A DNA stretch of 61,615 nt, counting the filler, from Choristocarpus tenellus KU-1152 (Eukaryota > Protista > Phaeophyceae): NCBI GenBank assembly GCA_964200185.2. It is 12 parts of 12 records of this genome, joined end to end, with 100 filler letters (N's around TTAATTAATTAA, not from the genome) between each part and the next. Parts side by side here need not be neighbours in the genome. Positions count along the whole stretch, not along the records: positions 37,067 to 40,882 come from CAXNAD020017774.1; positions 40,983 to 46,250 come from CAXNAD020011309.1; positions 46,351 to 51,903 come from CAXNAD020010445.1; positions 52,004 to 56,191 come from CAXNAD020015783.1; 8 more parts are not named here. One strand, 5' to 3'. Below, piece after piece: positions 39,142-53,354 of this stretch. A program made the translations under genes and the position numbers. The notes below the pieces were generated by a model that did not search any database, had not been told where the DNA came from, and saw only the letters and a program-made list of their open reading frames with translations. Position 1 is the stretch's first letter, and each line of letters begins with the position of its first letter.

Positions 39142-41311
39142 ACCATGTGGGGAACACAACTACTTATCTAATATCCACTGAGCCATAAGAACACTCCTTT
39201 ACTACATGCGTCCGTTATCCAGAATAACCTCTCTGCAGCGATTTGCTCTCTAAATTTCTTTCGCATGCACATACTGCTTTATTCCCACTGACATTTTGGT
39301 GATGTTTGTCGTGTGGGGCAAGGAAGCAACATACACGACTAAGAAGGCACAAAATGGCATCCACAGATTCCGTGTTGCTTACTACACGGGCCTTCAAATA
39401 CACCAACAGTCGAAGATAGTTGCAGCATATTTGAGTACAAAAAAAAGTTCGGGTGCATACAAACTAGGAACCTATCTGCTAATTCATCCTTCGTGACCTC
39501 TAACACAAAAGGAAGCTATATGTGAGGTGCAGATAATGGTGTGCATAGAGTGAGCGGAAAGAGGGAAGACCCCACAAGAAAGTGTTGGAAATGACTTCGA
39601 AGAGGGAAAGAGTATATTGTCGGGAAAATATGGGAAATGATCCTAACAAGTAAGGAAAATGTCAGAAAAATGTCCGAAATGACTCCTAAAAAGTTGGGAA
39701 AAGGTTAGGGAAAGTGTAGTGTTGTGAATCACAATATTTCAAACGGCTTCAGTTCAAACAAGTGGAATAACCCTGAGTTCAACTCACTCTAGTAAGTTCG
39801 TACCAGGCACCACAACTCAGTCCAGGGCTCCTCACATGCTTTGGGGGAGTCTCAGAGGACTACATGATGGCCTCTGAGAGTTGCAAAACCCGCATATAAG
39901 GTAGTCCCAAATTGCCTAAGTTTGAACCCGTATATCTCCCCTCCTGTGAACCCAACGTTTCTGTTGTCTTGCGTTGTTAACCCTTCTTGTTATTCTAAGC
40001 CCAAATAATTTTATGGATACATTTTTTTATTTTATGCTGATCGGAAGCTTTCAAATCGAACGGAAATACTTCGTAATATGAAACAACACAAATGGCGATC
40101 TAAAGGCGTATCTTGGATTTCAAAGCAGAGTCACCAGGCCTATGGGCAAAAGGGAATTGGCGAACTTGTGGGACTCTTCCCTTGTTCTAGACCAGTTTAG
40201 GACGAGTTTCGGCTGTAGTTGTATTTGTAGGGTGTATTTTTTCTTGTTTTTATGTTTTCAAAAACACTCGCGATATTGCTGATCTATATACATATTTTTT
40301 TTACCCTCTAACATTTTATAGATGTTTCAGGGAAGAAGTCAATTCAATATCACAGGAACCCCTGTAAAAGTAACAGTTGTTATAAATGTGAAAGATATTT
40401 GACGACCAGCTCTACCACACCACCTCACTGCTATGCCTCCAACCTAGCTTGGCCCTACATCACAGGGCGAGAAGCTAAGGAAGCATCCACAGAATCTATC
40501 AGGTCTTTACTGTAAAGTAACACAGACTGTTGTTGTAGCGTTAGTTGCATTATTTTCTTCAGATGATTCTTCTTACTCCCTCTATGACAATACATGGAAA
40601 ACGATAGTGCGCATAATAATATACTGAGTGCCATAGGTTTGTGCAGCGAAATATCTGGGCTTGCCAAGCAAGAACGACACCGAAGCGGACGGGTAACCCC
40701 TCAGAATGAAATCAGGATGTCAATCTCAGCTTTCAGAAAAGGTTGGGTCCAGGATGATCAGGTACAAACTCGAGGTGCTTCAAGCCGTCAAAATAGGGAA
40801 CTTTTGGGGTGATTTTGAGGCCAGCACTGGGAAAATCGAGGGTCAGAACGTTGGCATGGAAACCCCCCCGTCAACCCCCCCANNNNNNNNNNNNNNNNNN
40901 NNNNNNNNNNNNNNNNNNNNNNNNNNTTAATTAATTAANNNNNNNNNNNNNNNNNNNNNNNNNNNNNNNNNNNNNNNNNNNNCCCCCCAGATACTTTGAC
41001 CCTTGGGAGAAAACTTCTTCAGTGGGAAGGGCGACAAAAAGGCAGTTAGGAAACGGCGACTCCCAGAGGTAAGCTATAATAACTGAAAGTATATGTGTTG
41101 TGGCATTACTGTCTGAACTACACCAGTAGTTAGGTGCCAATCAAATGCTTGCCAACTGCAGCTAAGCAGTATGTCTAGGCCTAAGATATCTTTGCACTAA
41201 ACTAATGGCTGACTCCTTTTGAGTTCTTGTTGCTGGACTAGGAAGATAGCATGGTCACGGGTTTGTGGAGGAGGCCATGAGAGTTGGTCTGCCAGTGACA
41301 TCATAATGTCA

Positions 41312-41571
41312 GAGTGAAAGTATCTTAGAGGGTACGGGTTTTGCCCTGTTTGTCCGTTTGGGTCTTGGCTTCCCATGGGATTTTTTAATGACATTTTCCC
41401 ACTCCAAAATATTTCGGAATAGGTTGAATGTACACGTTATGAAAAGGTGTGTCTGGAACAAGGATATTGACACTTCCTAACAAACATGATTGCCAAATTA
41501 CAACAAAATCGCAACATTGGATTCTGGTCCCCCAAATGGACGCGACTCTACCCTCTAAGATAATTTGGCTC
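41312..41571 (-). mobile_element. MITE family A, reverse copy
   Basis: TIRs; TSD gtca/gtcg (one transition). Confidence 0.9.
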
Positions 41572-44128
41572 GTCGTTTGTTCTTAATTATATAAAAAAAA
41601 GGAGTAATTTATTCAGGAACTGCCGCGCAATGTATGTATGAAGGCCTTGGAGGAGTTTGATGGTGGGTAAAAGGGGGTTAAAAAATGATAATACGAGCTG
41701 TGAAATTTGGATCCGACTAGGAGGAGGGAGAGAGTGATTGGCATTGAAAAGGGGAAGGCATTGGACGACCTTGACAGGAAGGCTGACTAGATGCAGATCA
41801 ACAACGGCATCGTCAGGTCTTAGGAATCACTGCAACTAGAAGGGCAGTAGGACGATGTGGCTAAGGTCCTGACGCCGGACCTCAGGGATGGGTTAGTGGG
41901 AGGTAGCTGGTGTTGCAAGGACTGTAAGTCAGGCTGGCGAGGAAGGGGGTAAATTAATTTACTGGAGACCAGAGTGTGACACAGGATGGTGATGGTGGTG
42001 ATGGTGATTACGGCGGAGGGGTGGGTCTTCATCTGCCTCCCTTTACGTTTTAGTGCACCATTTTTTCTTAAATTGGGAGGGGACTTGTGTTTTAACCCTT
42101 CTAGGTTTTCTTTGGCCTTATCAATATCCAAATTTTGCGAGGCAAGCATAACTTTGGAGTTTTCAAAATTGCCAGGTTCTGTTTTTTGGTATTGGAATAA
42201 AAGCGAGGTCTGAAACGATTATTAAACTGTAGGGATCTAGAGGAGGTTACGCATTAAACATTGTTGTAGATCATCCCGTCGTGTACAATTATTACTCCTG
42301 TTGCCCATTGTTGAATCCAAAATACACTCGCGTAACTGATTGACCAGCACGTAAAATGAATAGTGATTCGCGACTGGATAAATTATATTTACGTAGAGGT
42401 CTGTGATGTCACTCACCAAAATCAAATATGGTCCTAACAGGCTCTGACGATGCTGGAACACGACAATAAGACCTTGATGAGACACACAGGTTCCCTCTTT
42501 GTTTCCCTCCTCTTTCTACCACTCTCGTTTTTATAGGATTCTTAACAAAGAAAATTGGACTGTGAGTGACTATGAAAGTTTTGCTAAGTTTTATCTAGCA
42601 TCCTTTCTTAAGGAACAAGGCTATTCTGAGAGCACTATCCCTGCCTCTTTTCAAGGAACTAGGCTCTTACCAGAGAGTATTATCAGCACCATCAGACTCC
42701 AAGAACAAAGCCACCATGGAAATCCATCAAGGATCAGTGCATTGTTGCAATTTCGCAGGTTTTATTTTTATGTCTATACTCTCTTTGTACCCCATCAAGT
42801 TAGAGGTTTATGTATATTTTTAATATATGAAGCACACACTTTTTTGCAGTATAGTTTACTAATACCTTGTTTTTGTAATTCTTGTTTCCTTTTTTGAGAT
42901 AGAAAAGAAAAATCTGAAGGTTCTCTCATTGATCGAAACGTCGATTTTGTCAGTCCAGATTTCATTTCACGTTTGTCGAATTGGTCCGATGGGACTCTGA
43001 AACTCCCCTGGGTTCCTGAAAAGGTTAGAATTCTGGTAATGTAACCAGTAAAAAGCTCTGAGAGGGATGGCAACGGCTTAATCCACGGTTGCTTTTATGC
43101 AGTTTGAAACGATATGCTTAGGAGGATGATTTCTTCGTTGTAGCCAAGATCAAGCATTTGCAAGGTTTGCTCGCTTGGGGCGCACTCGACGCAAGGTAGG
43201 TGAGTACATCTCTTGCATGTGCTCATTGTGGGGTATTCCACACTCCGGTAATATTAGAGCTTTGACCAAGGAGATCATTTGTACGAGGTACTTTAGTCGG
43301 TCATGGAGATCTTTGGTCGATGTTGGTAGGGCATTATGCTGTCGTCCAAAAAAACAATGCTACTGTCACAAACCCCATACCTACTGAAACGAACTGGATG
43401 TTGCACCCACTTTGATTGTCTCTGCCTATCACAGCTTCAATGAGGACTACCGTGAGTGCACTCAAAGTGCTCTGTTGTTGCGTTGGTATAGCACTTCCTT
43501 TTTGGATTTCGTTCTCGTATAATCGCAAAGGATTATCTTCCTCATTGCACATTCGAATGGTCGGCAGGACAGAGGTGAGAAGTCATCCAGAGCAACACAC
43601 TGCCTTAGGCTGCGTAATAGTCAATAGCACAAAGGAATCTAACTACCTAAATGAGGGAGACAGTTCGATTTCAATATGTGGCGCAGAACGATCACAGAGC
43701 AGCCCATATTCCATTTCTTGCAAACTAGAGACTGGCCAAGGGGTTCGTATTTTGGTTTTGGCTGTGATCTGTGATCTGTGTTATGGGTCACTCTTTCTCC
43801 AGAACAGAGCTGAAGATTAACATCATCTATGTGCCTAGTATTGAACATTTCCTCCCTGTCTACAGTCGGGGAGTTCCAAGGCCAAGTGCCAGTACTGGAT
43901 TGTTGATACAGTACTCTTGCCAACTGTTCAATGTCAATATTATTGGGCATCATATCTTTTAGTCCTAATTCCTTCCCCTGCCATAGTGATGCTAACCTCT
44001 AGCAGTACAGCATGCGGAGCCAACTCTTGGAATTTCTTAACACCAAAGTAATTTTTGTCCTAGGGATTTAATCTTTGTGGCTCTCACAAGTGATTTTTCA
44101 TACATTTTTTCCATTAATACTTGTCAGG

Positions 44129-44565
44129 ATCATAGGCAACCCAAAGTCATTGACCCTGGGAGCATTACTCTCCTAGAGTATGGTATGCTGGAGACAACAG
44201 ATTCAGATGGAGGAGTGGCAGCGGTGAAGACAGATGACTCCTTTCAGTACTTTGCAGGGGCAGAAGAAAGTGGGGAAGTCAAAACAGACTTTGACCTCAG
44301 TGTCTTCATGTACGACAATATTCGGACCGACACCCCTACGCCATCACCATCTTTAGCTCTTCCCCAGGAGTCTCTCATGGAGCCAATGCGGACACCAACA
44401 CCTTCTTTGCCCTCATCATCAATGTGGGGGCTGACCTTTACACCAACCTCCATGCCATCTTCCAGTCCAACACCAACCCCAACAATGGAATTCTCCTTTT
44501 TCCTGACTCTGGAGCCATCCTTCATGATGAGCTCAACTCCAAGTCCTGGTGCGAACGAATGTTAA
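44129..44565 (+). CDS. Possible exon encoding a P/T/S-rich (mucin-like) segment; product unknown
   Basis: Open frame after a TTGTCAG acceptor-like site, with TPTPSPS/TPTSMPSSSPTPTPT repeats typical of algal surface proteins. No flanking exons found. Confidence 0.35.
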
Positions 44566-46060
44566 CCATTTCAAGTACAATCACCCTGTAAATTCACCAT
44601 GATAATTGCAATCCCAATATGATATCAACATAGTTGCTGCAAGATGGCTTTGCCCCAGATTTATATACTGCCCGTCATTAAAAGCAGCACTCTCAATACT
44701 TGCTTCAACCCATTCAACCTTTTAGATTGGACTGATTCACAACTAATCTCTCCTGAAACCTTGATGTGAAAAATGGTCTGCTCTGAATTTATCTCCGCCC
44801 TTGACTCAACAAGTTATTGGAGTACTTGACTGAAGGCTACTGGTCAGACACTTGTACCAGTCCTCCCTCTTAAAAGCTCAGTCCACCTTTATTGTTTCCT
44901 ATCTCAAATCCTGATCATGTATGGACAAGGAATGCCAGTTCATGCCTTCTCTACAAACTTGAATCGCTGATCTGTATCCTGTGCACAAGTGACCCCGTCG
45001 ATGCCATTCTGACCTCCAATCTAGTCCTTGACTTCAGTTTAACCTTGGGCTCGATCCAAATCTGTACATACTCAGCCTACCTATCTCCAACTTCAACCCG
45101 TGGGCAGTCAAGCTTGTGCTCAAACCCACTCCCAAACAAAATTTGGCACTATACCCTTTTTCAGACACAAGAGCCCTGACTCTTTGCCTTGTCCCTCTAA
45201 TCAGTAATAAACAAACTTGGGAACTCATAGGGCTAACTTACTTCTGCTCAGCTTGAACAAGCGATAGCTGATTCTCTGAGCGTTATCCCAACCCTTTGAT
45301 GCCCGCTTAAAAAGTGGAACCAATTTTGTAGCCTCTAATACACATCAGCGTGGAATTCTGATTGCAGATTCAATGACTATGGTTCCAAGCAATGCTCTGT
45401 CCATGACTGATGGAGAGCAGAGTGAAGCGCCAACATGGAGCCCAATCATTCTCAGGGGCACGCTTCCACCCACAGGTACTCAGCGCCAACCAGTTCTGGG
45501 CATTGGTGAGGTGAGGGCATATTTCAATGCCAGCTGAACGCTTGCCTAGTATCAACCAAAGAGAGACTGTTTTATAACTTCCTCAAATATAGTCAATGAA
45601 GAGCAGAATTTTTCGAGGGCTCCCACTGAATGGTAGGGGAAGTGTATATTTCGCAATGAGAAGTATATGGATGGAGATTGGTAAAAGTCAGGAGTAAAGA
45701 AACTTCATGCATTGAAATCGAAGGTGTTCAACCTGGTCAATCAGCTTGACCAGATGCCTGTGTGTTTAGGGTCCTAAGTTGCATCATTTGCGCGCAGTAT
45801 TGTTTTGTTCACCACACTCTACTGATCGAAAGGCAGCTGATCTATAAGAAACATAGGCATTCAGACCAGCATTGAGTTGCTTGTTGGAGTTGCTTGTTGG
45901 AGTTGCTTGTTGGAGTTTCCTGAGAGAAAAGAATCTACCAACCTTCTGCAGAATGATTGGTTGGTGAAGCAAGTTTATACCAACAAGTACAGCATAGAGC
46001 AAGTTATTTTCATGCCTAGGGGTCCTCACACAGAGGCAAGCACACAGCAATCCCGCTAGA

Positions 46061-46235
46061 GACTCAAAGTATCTGGGGAGGGGGGGTGTCTATACCAGAG
46101 TGCCCATTTGACCCAAAGCTAGGAAAAATGCACTTTCATCATCCATCCAACGTATGGAACCAAATCACCCAAAAATCGCGACATGAAAAAACAGGCCCCA
46201 AATGGACAGCCCCCCCCCCCCCCCCCCCCCCCCCA
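46061..46235 (-). mobile_element. MITE family B, reverse copy cut at poly-C
   Basis: Same internal sequence as 38964-39141. Confidence 0.85.
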
Positions 46236-46350
46236 ACCCCCAACCACCAANNNNNNNNNNNNNNNNNNNNNNNNNNNNNNNNNNNNNNNNNNNNTTAATT
46301 AATTAANNNNNNNNNNNNNNNNNNNNNNNNNNNNNNNNNNNNNNNNNNNN

Positions 46351-46715
46351 CAACATTGTAAGGTATATCACAGCAAGGGAGGGCTTGGTATCTCCGCGAG
46401 ACTCCTCGACCATGTCATCCTCCAGAATGGACCCGTCTCCTATTGACGTCAAGCCCGCACTTTCCAAGCAGCGGAAGACAGCAGACCAACTAGTTTCAGC
46501 AGGATGCAACGCATCTTTGTTATCTAGCGGTCCTATAACTTCTTCTGCAACTCCAAGGACGGTGGTGCCGTCCTCTAGATCAGACCAACACACAACTTCA
46601 TAGCCAAATGTGTTTGCCCAGAGGAGCAAGCTCCCCCTGGATTCCTCCATTGTGACAGGGACAGATGGCGACTCTCCCCTTCCAATATCCAAATGAATGC
46701 GAGAAATACGATACC
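46351..46715 (-). CDS. Possible exon of an unknown gene divergent from Zwilch
   Basis: Stop-free, natural-looking acidic ORF of ~120 aa running into the contig edge, preceded by a CTAG acceptor-like site. No recognisable domain. Confidence 0.3.
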
Positions 46716-47379
46716 TAGCAGGCCTTACCAGTCCTCAGACCTCCCCCTCTGGCCTACCAGGTCTAGGAAGGGAAGGTAACTAGCAAAGAAAATCACAACT
46801 GTCAGTCACATGATACAATACAGTATCGTATATTACCGTTCGAATTTCAAACGGCTATCACAACAGAACCACCTACTTACTCCTCAAACTTCGAATCATC
46901 TTCACATCCTCTCTTACACAAAGGGGAGAGTCTCCTCCAGACCAAAATCCTCTTCAAAATTTGCGAGGTCTTTATACTGCATGCTCAACTCAACCTTCTA
47001 TAAATTGCAATGTAACTTCTCCTGTATTTCGCTTCACGTAGGCTGAGATAGTTGATATATTCGCCCAAGGCCCGACAACCTTACTTCTATGCAGCCTCTC
47101 CACCATCTCCCATGCTATCCTGATTCATTTCTCGATCTCAAAGCAATGCAATCAACTATTCCAACACATTGTCTCCGACTCTTTTGTAATGCCTGGTTCT
47201 TGCATGGTCTTGAGAACCCAATACAGGAGACACATTTGGTCTTCTTAAGATAGTATGCTCTTTCGCATCCCTCTGACCTTAATGATGAAGTGAAATTATT
47301 AAATGTACATTGCTTTGTTTTGGTGCAATGCAGAGAGAAGAGGGTTCGCTCGGGACGTCCAACAGAGTAAATCCCGAAG

Positions 47380-50237
47380 ATGGCTGTGGTAGACCCCTAC
47401 TTGGACCTCATGGTCTCAGCCCAACCTCACAGCCCAGGGGGATCAGTACTCAAGACAACCCTCTATGGTTTGGAGGACGGCAAGGTGGAAGTACTTGGAG
47501 ACCTCGTTGTTTTGCGCGCTGGACCAAGAACATACCACCCCCTTAAAGCGTTGAAGGTGTGACGTGCAAACCACTTCAAAGTATTTGTGTCAGCATTAGG
47601 TACGATAGTATGTGGAGGGAGGCAAGTGTTGAGCGCAATCACTAGGTCATGTTTGACAGAGTTTTAGCCACTTGATCAATTGGCGGGGCATGATAAATGG
47701 TTGAAGCCCCTGTCACTTGCTAGCAACTATTGGTCGTGTCAGTAGAAGTTACTGCATTTTTGCTTACTGATCTGTACCTATTCTATTGTACAAGGCAGGT
47801 ATTCCTGACTTGTGTTTGTCAATTTTGAAGTGTTCTTCAGTCATACATTACCCCAAACCCTAAGAAATCCTGTCTACACCCCCGAGCATCACCTCACTCA
47901 CCCTCTGCCCCAACACATTTCCTAACCGTCCAGGGTATGCACTCCCAGGATGATCTCATTCTTATCTCTTGTCTTCCAAAAGCTCCCCCTCCTGAAGCTA
48001 CCTCCCTGGTAAGGTCTGCTTTGCAGCAAGTCCTGATACGGTCCTCACGCTCCCTCAAGCTTGTGGGGGAAGGAGTTGCAACTTCCTCGATGCCTCATCT
48101 TCATTCTATGTGCCCGTCCACCCATGACAGGCTCGTTGACACGAGGCTGATCCGTGCGATTCCTCTTGCCCGGGCCCGGGAAATTCTGGCTGGACTCACC
48201 CCTCCCGACAAGGAGCAGCTCCCTAATCTCCCTGCTGTTGTGATTGCAGTCTATGGCTGGGGTAATTTGTGTTACATTGGCCATCAGACAGCTGACATGG
48301 GCTATAGCACATTCACTGTCCGCCCTGCAGATATGTCAGAACTAGTCCATCCAGGGGGGGGGGAAGGACAAGCTAGAGGGGTTGATGATCTGATACAAGA
48401 TTTTAGTGGAGGTGGTAGTGGCGAAGTATGTGCCACTGCCCGGGCACTATACGATCTGTGGGGAAGCTCTGATGATGATGTAGTGGGGGGCAGCGTGTCA
48501 GAGGTAGAGGATGCAGCAGCTGGAGACAATCCTCTGTTTGCTCGCTTGGCAGTGGAATGGGATTGTCTGAGAAGTGGCAATACTCGAGTCCTGGGCTCCC
48601 CCCCTCCACCAGCTTGCTCCTCTCTCCTCTTGATCGCAGGGACTTGCCCTCTCACCCCGGCAAGCCTGGCGCTTCGGACAGACCTAGAGATGCTCACAAG
48701 CATGGAACAAGATGCCACTGCAGCAGCTGCTGCTGCTTCCACCACAATAGTACATGCTGAAAAGCCCTCCACCTCTCCCTCTGGAATGTCTGCCACTGAG
48801 CACCTAGTGGAGCATCATGAACGGAAGCAACCATGGCGGCTCTCTCACCCACAGTGGCAGGCAGATCTCGAGGCACTCTTGAGTGGTTCGGAGCACCTGG
48901 CAGATCTTGCTGCTCCCAAAGGTGTAGTTAACAATGAGGGGGGTGATGATAGAGTGCAAAACCGAACCTCAGGCTTGGGAGTTCAAGGAGGTGAAAATGA
49001 AACTCTGGGAGAAGAGACAGGGGGGGAAGGTGGTGATGGTGTACAGGGCCCCCGCCGTGATGACCTGGATTTCTCAGAGTTGCTGTGGGATTTACTGGCT
49101 GTGGCACCATCACCAGAGGACGATGCCCGTGCTGCCCTAGCGGCGGCCTTCAAAGCCCTGGGTGAGGGGCGCATATTCCCAGTGATGAGTCGGGGCAACA
49201 ACACAACCATTGGCCGACACTTCCGAGATGGGATTGCCATTGCTCGAGAGGCCCGCTATCCCATGCGAACATCAACCATTGCCCACAGTGGAGAGAGGTT
49301 TGGCGGAGCACAGGCAGGAACTGCATCAGCAAGGGAATGGGCAGAGTGTGGGGCGAGTATGCTCCGAAGCCAACCAAAGGTGGCAATGGCCTGCCTGGAA
49401 CTTGGGATTCACAAGGTCCAGCGGGACCTTGCACATCGCTTTGAAATTGAGACCGGACTTTCTGCTGATGAGCTTGCCCGTGCTCTCCCTATTGAGCCTG
49501 ACCTTGCCCTTGAGCTTGTCGAAGATGCAAAACCCCAGGACCTGGATACTGCCGCCAAAGCAGCTGCTGCTGCCGTAGCCCGGCTCGGCGTTCTGGCAGA
49601 CACATTGGACCTCGTGGCTCTGGCGCAGACATGCGGGGCACCTTGGCGCCAAGCACGAGCACTGGCACACTCTGGTCTAGGATACTTTGGGCACTGTTGG
49701 AAGGAATACTGGTACGGAAGCAAGGGGAAGGAGAGGAGTGGCAGCATCACAAACAACAGTAGATCTTCCTCCCCTCCAGTGTTTGCTTTGGGACTTGAAG
49801 ATTCCCTTCCATCTCGTGCACGTTCAAAGTTGGCCCACCCCCTATTCTGGGAGCTTGTTCTAGAAACTCAGGAAGGTGGCAGGAGAGGAGAGACTGGGAC
49901 CTGGGGCCGGCAACACAGAGGGCAACAAAGAGGAGGAGGAGAAGGGCAGCTTCCTGAGGAAAGTGTATCTTATGTTATGATGAGGACAGGTTCGTTTGAA
50001 CCCAAGGACCTGGCTCGCCCTCTCTTGTTGCCGGCAAGCACGGTGATGGCAGCTAACGGGGTTTTATCTGGTTGTGACCCTGAGCTTCTGCCTGAGGTGC
50101 TTTCATGCGTGCTGGGTGTTGAGAGTTTTGCGGGACTCAAACGGCAACAGCAGATGCTCAGAGCTGGGGGAGCAAACAGGGAGCGTGGGGATGGTATGGG
50201 AACGTTTATTTGCACTCACCGTTACAATCCTTGGTAG
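47380..50237 (+). CDS. ZWILCH: Kinetochore RZZ-complex subunit Zwilch homologue (2 exons, ~826 aa)
   Basis: Exons 47380-47556 (AAG|GT) and 47934-50237 (CAG|GGT), phase 0. Motifs IPLARAREIL, ARALYDLW, LAVEWD, RDDLDFSELLW, LGEGRIFPVMSRGNNTTIG and CLELGIHKVQRDL parallel the Zwilch motifs RxDLDFxExLW, LQRGDIQPWLHSGSNS and LLEIGLDKLKKDY. Confidence 0.75.
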
Positions 50238-53200
50238 CTTTGGGCTGGAGTAGATCAGATCATTGAGGTGGTGGATTGGGAAGAGAGAGGGGAAAACATC
50301 ATTACAGACTGGAATGCTGATTGTAGCTGCAAAGGAAGCAAATATATACACTCCAGATTGATTGTTAACAACTACTTGGAGTTATATTTGAGAAATCTAG
50401 ATATGCAGAGTCCCTGCATCCAACTTCTATTGCACCTGTGTATGTGTGTGTGTGGTTGTTTGTTTACACTTACAAGAGTATTTTCATGTATGTACTGGTG
50501 CTGTGGGCCTCGTAGATCAGAGTACCTTGCTTTACTCATTTGGGAATTGTTTGCTCAGGAACAGTGCAATAAAAGTTCGGTCACCTTACTGTGCCTTACG
50601 TGTATTTAAAAATATATGTGATGTACTGAGAAGTTTCTTTCACTTGTGGTAATGGAGAGAGCTCATCAACCCACGAAGAAGAATTGGTGTGATACGACAA
50701 AGATGGTGTGACCCCATCACAGTAGTTATGGATCACCACGGAATTAGAACTCATTGACAATGTCAAAGATTGAAAGGGTTCAGAAGGTCACAGGATGAAG
50801 TAGTACCTGTTGCATGACTTAACACGACATGTGTAGGTAAGAGACTCTCCTACTAATGTCCGTATATGTTACTTTGTGGGTTCCATCCTCTTGAAGGGCA
50901 GTAGCGCTTGATCGGTTTTTATCTCTACTTTTAGATTGTGTGTTGAATGAGCCAGCTGAAGAAGTAGGACACTTTCTCTTCTTGTTATGTTCCATGAGAT
51001 GTGGTCATCTACGCCTTTCTATCTTTATGTTTTTCATTCTTGAAGTTTGTCTCGTTCTTGAAAGACCTTTGCCATCATACGAACACCGCTATTTTTTGCA
51101 TGCAGCAAAATACTTCGAAGTAACGGACTGGAACAATGCCTACAAGGTTTGGTTATACACGATCAATATATGGAGTGCACTGTACCTCTTTATCTCGTTC
51201 CCATTGACTGCTTGCATGACTTTTGAGTTACATGTGCTCATTGACTGTGATAAGTTTTAGTTGGTTGATGCACATTTTGTACACGATATTTACTTGAGAG
51301 CCAAGTTTTAGCCGTATGTTTTAATAGCATTACTAGTATATGCTTAGAACTATTTTTTTTTTTGTGCCATGAGACAGTGAGAATCATTTGGTCAATGCTG
51401 TGACCCTTACAATCAACTACAATAGAGCTTATGGATCAGTATAATATGTTTACCGTACGTTTTCAGTAGAAGAGCCGTAAGTAGTAACCTTGCATTGGGT
51501 TTATGCTTTTGTTTACTTCCCCTGTGCTGAACTCTTTTTTGCGACATGTTTTATCTTGCGCCAGCATGCTAGACTTACCACTAATAGCATGCTGCAAATG
51601 GTATGTTTATTTTCTCATCTCTTCACAAGATCCAGCAGATTTAATTGGCTTTTTTCCCTGAAACGTCCAACATTTAGCAGGAGTATACAGTACAGTGTTG
51701 TATATAACACACACAAAATATATACCCTTAATGATGCGCTAGTTTTACTCTTCCTAATGAAGCATCAGTAAATTAGTCTCTGAACCTGGATGAAGGCCCA
51801 AACATTAAAACCATTTTGCCTTGTTGCCTTGGCATGGTGTGGAAGGAACTGCACATTCCCCTGTGGTTATGGTATTGTTTGCATTTGGGCAAGGGGGGGG
51901 GGGNNNNNNNNNNNNNNNNNNNNNNNNNNNNNNNNNNNNNNNNNNNNTTAATTAATTAANNNNNNNNNNNNNNNNNNNNNNNNNNNNNNNNNNNNNNNNN
52001 NNNTCTGATGTACTTTCTCATTAGTTACATCACATGGACTTAATCAAAATGACTATCTCTCATACACAAAATAAGGTACACCTCACTATTATCCTATTTT
52101 GCGCACTCCCCCATGAGAGTGCAGGCAATGAAAGAGTTGCTGGAACTCTCAAACCTAAAACATCTTATTGTACACACTCCCATTCTGCACACTTCCCCAT
52201 GAAAAATGGAATTAAAAGACATCAGATTGGTTCAATTCTCATACACATCACATCTATCTTCTCAACGCAATAGAAGAATACTGATTGCTTGAACTCAAAC
52301 ATAAGTCATTCATCTAGTCAACATAGTGACGTATAATCGTGTCCCATGATGACCCCTCGCTTAGTTTATGGTTAAAAAATTGAACCAGCCCCCTTTTGCT
52401 GTTTCTCTTGTTGGACGTAGCACTCACTCCCCCAGGGTTGAAGCCTATCATAATTGAATGTCTTGTACATCCTCTCGTTGAGCGAAGTCCTTTGCTAACA
52501 ACCTTCCTCGCCAGGGTGCCTCTGATATGGAAGATGGTTCTTGATGGTCTGGAGTAGATCTTATTTCCTTCACGGACTTACAAGTCTTGTACAGGCAGCC
52601 CTTTGCTGACAAGCTTCCTCTTGTTTTCTTTTCTGGGTCCAGCTAAATCCTCCACCTGTTAAGATGGTGTCGCTCTCCTCGCCCGACAAACGATCTGAAG
52701 GTTTCCGTTACCTCCACAGTTGTAGCATATTCCTTGAAAAGAACAAGGACCAATATGCTTGATCCGTCCACAGTTTAAACATCTTCTGTTGGTCCTGATC
52801 TCGTCTCTGGTAGGGGATCTTTTTGTAATATGGTCCGTACGTTGACCAGTTGTACCTTGGTCGCCTCTTCCACTGACCTTCTGTGTTCTCTCCCATGACT
52901 TTATGGTCCCAGAGGCTAGAGTGCTCCCAGGCTCCCCACGATTAGCTCCTCGTTTCCTTTCTGGTGGAGGCTTAGTTACTGCCCTTGCTAATGTCCTGCT
53001 CCCCTAGTGGCGGATACAGCAATTGCTTTTCTCATTCTGTAAGCAAGAATCTTGGGGTCTCCATCGATGGGCGTGCCCCCTTCAGGGACAAGTGTTGTGA
53101 TCACTGCTCTAGGTCCATAGGTAGATTCTTGTGGCTCAGATTCAGGCTCAGGCTCAGGATTGCAGCTCCGGCTGCATTGCCTCGATTAAATCTGTCATCT

Positions 53201-53354
53201 TGTCCCAGGGTCCCACGGCTCAATATTCGGCATGGCATACCAGGTACCCAAAGTATCTTCTTGACCTCCAGTTCTTGCTTATTATCGATCATATCATATC
53301 TCATGTCTCCTTAGCCTCCAGCTTCCATTTGTGTCGAAGGTGCAGGTCCACTTT

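Noticed and set aside
52400-53340. Continuation of the ParB-like gene or an RNase H (WVPG) domain
   Set aside because: It lies outside the inverted repeat, is riddled with stops, and has only a 4-residue resemblance.
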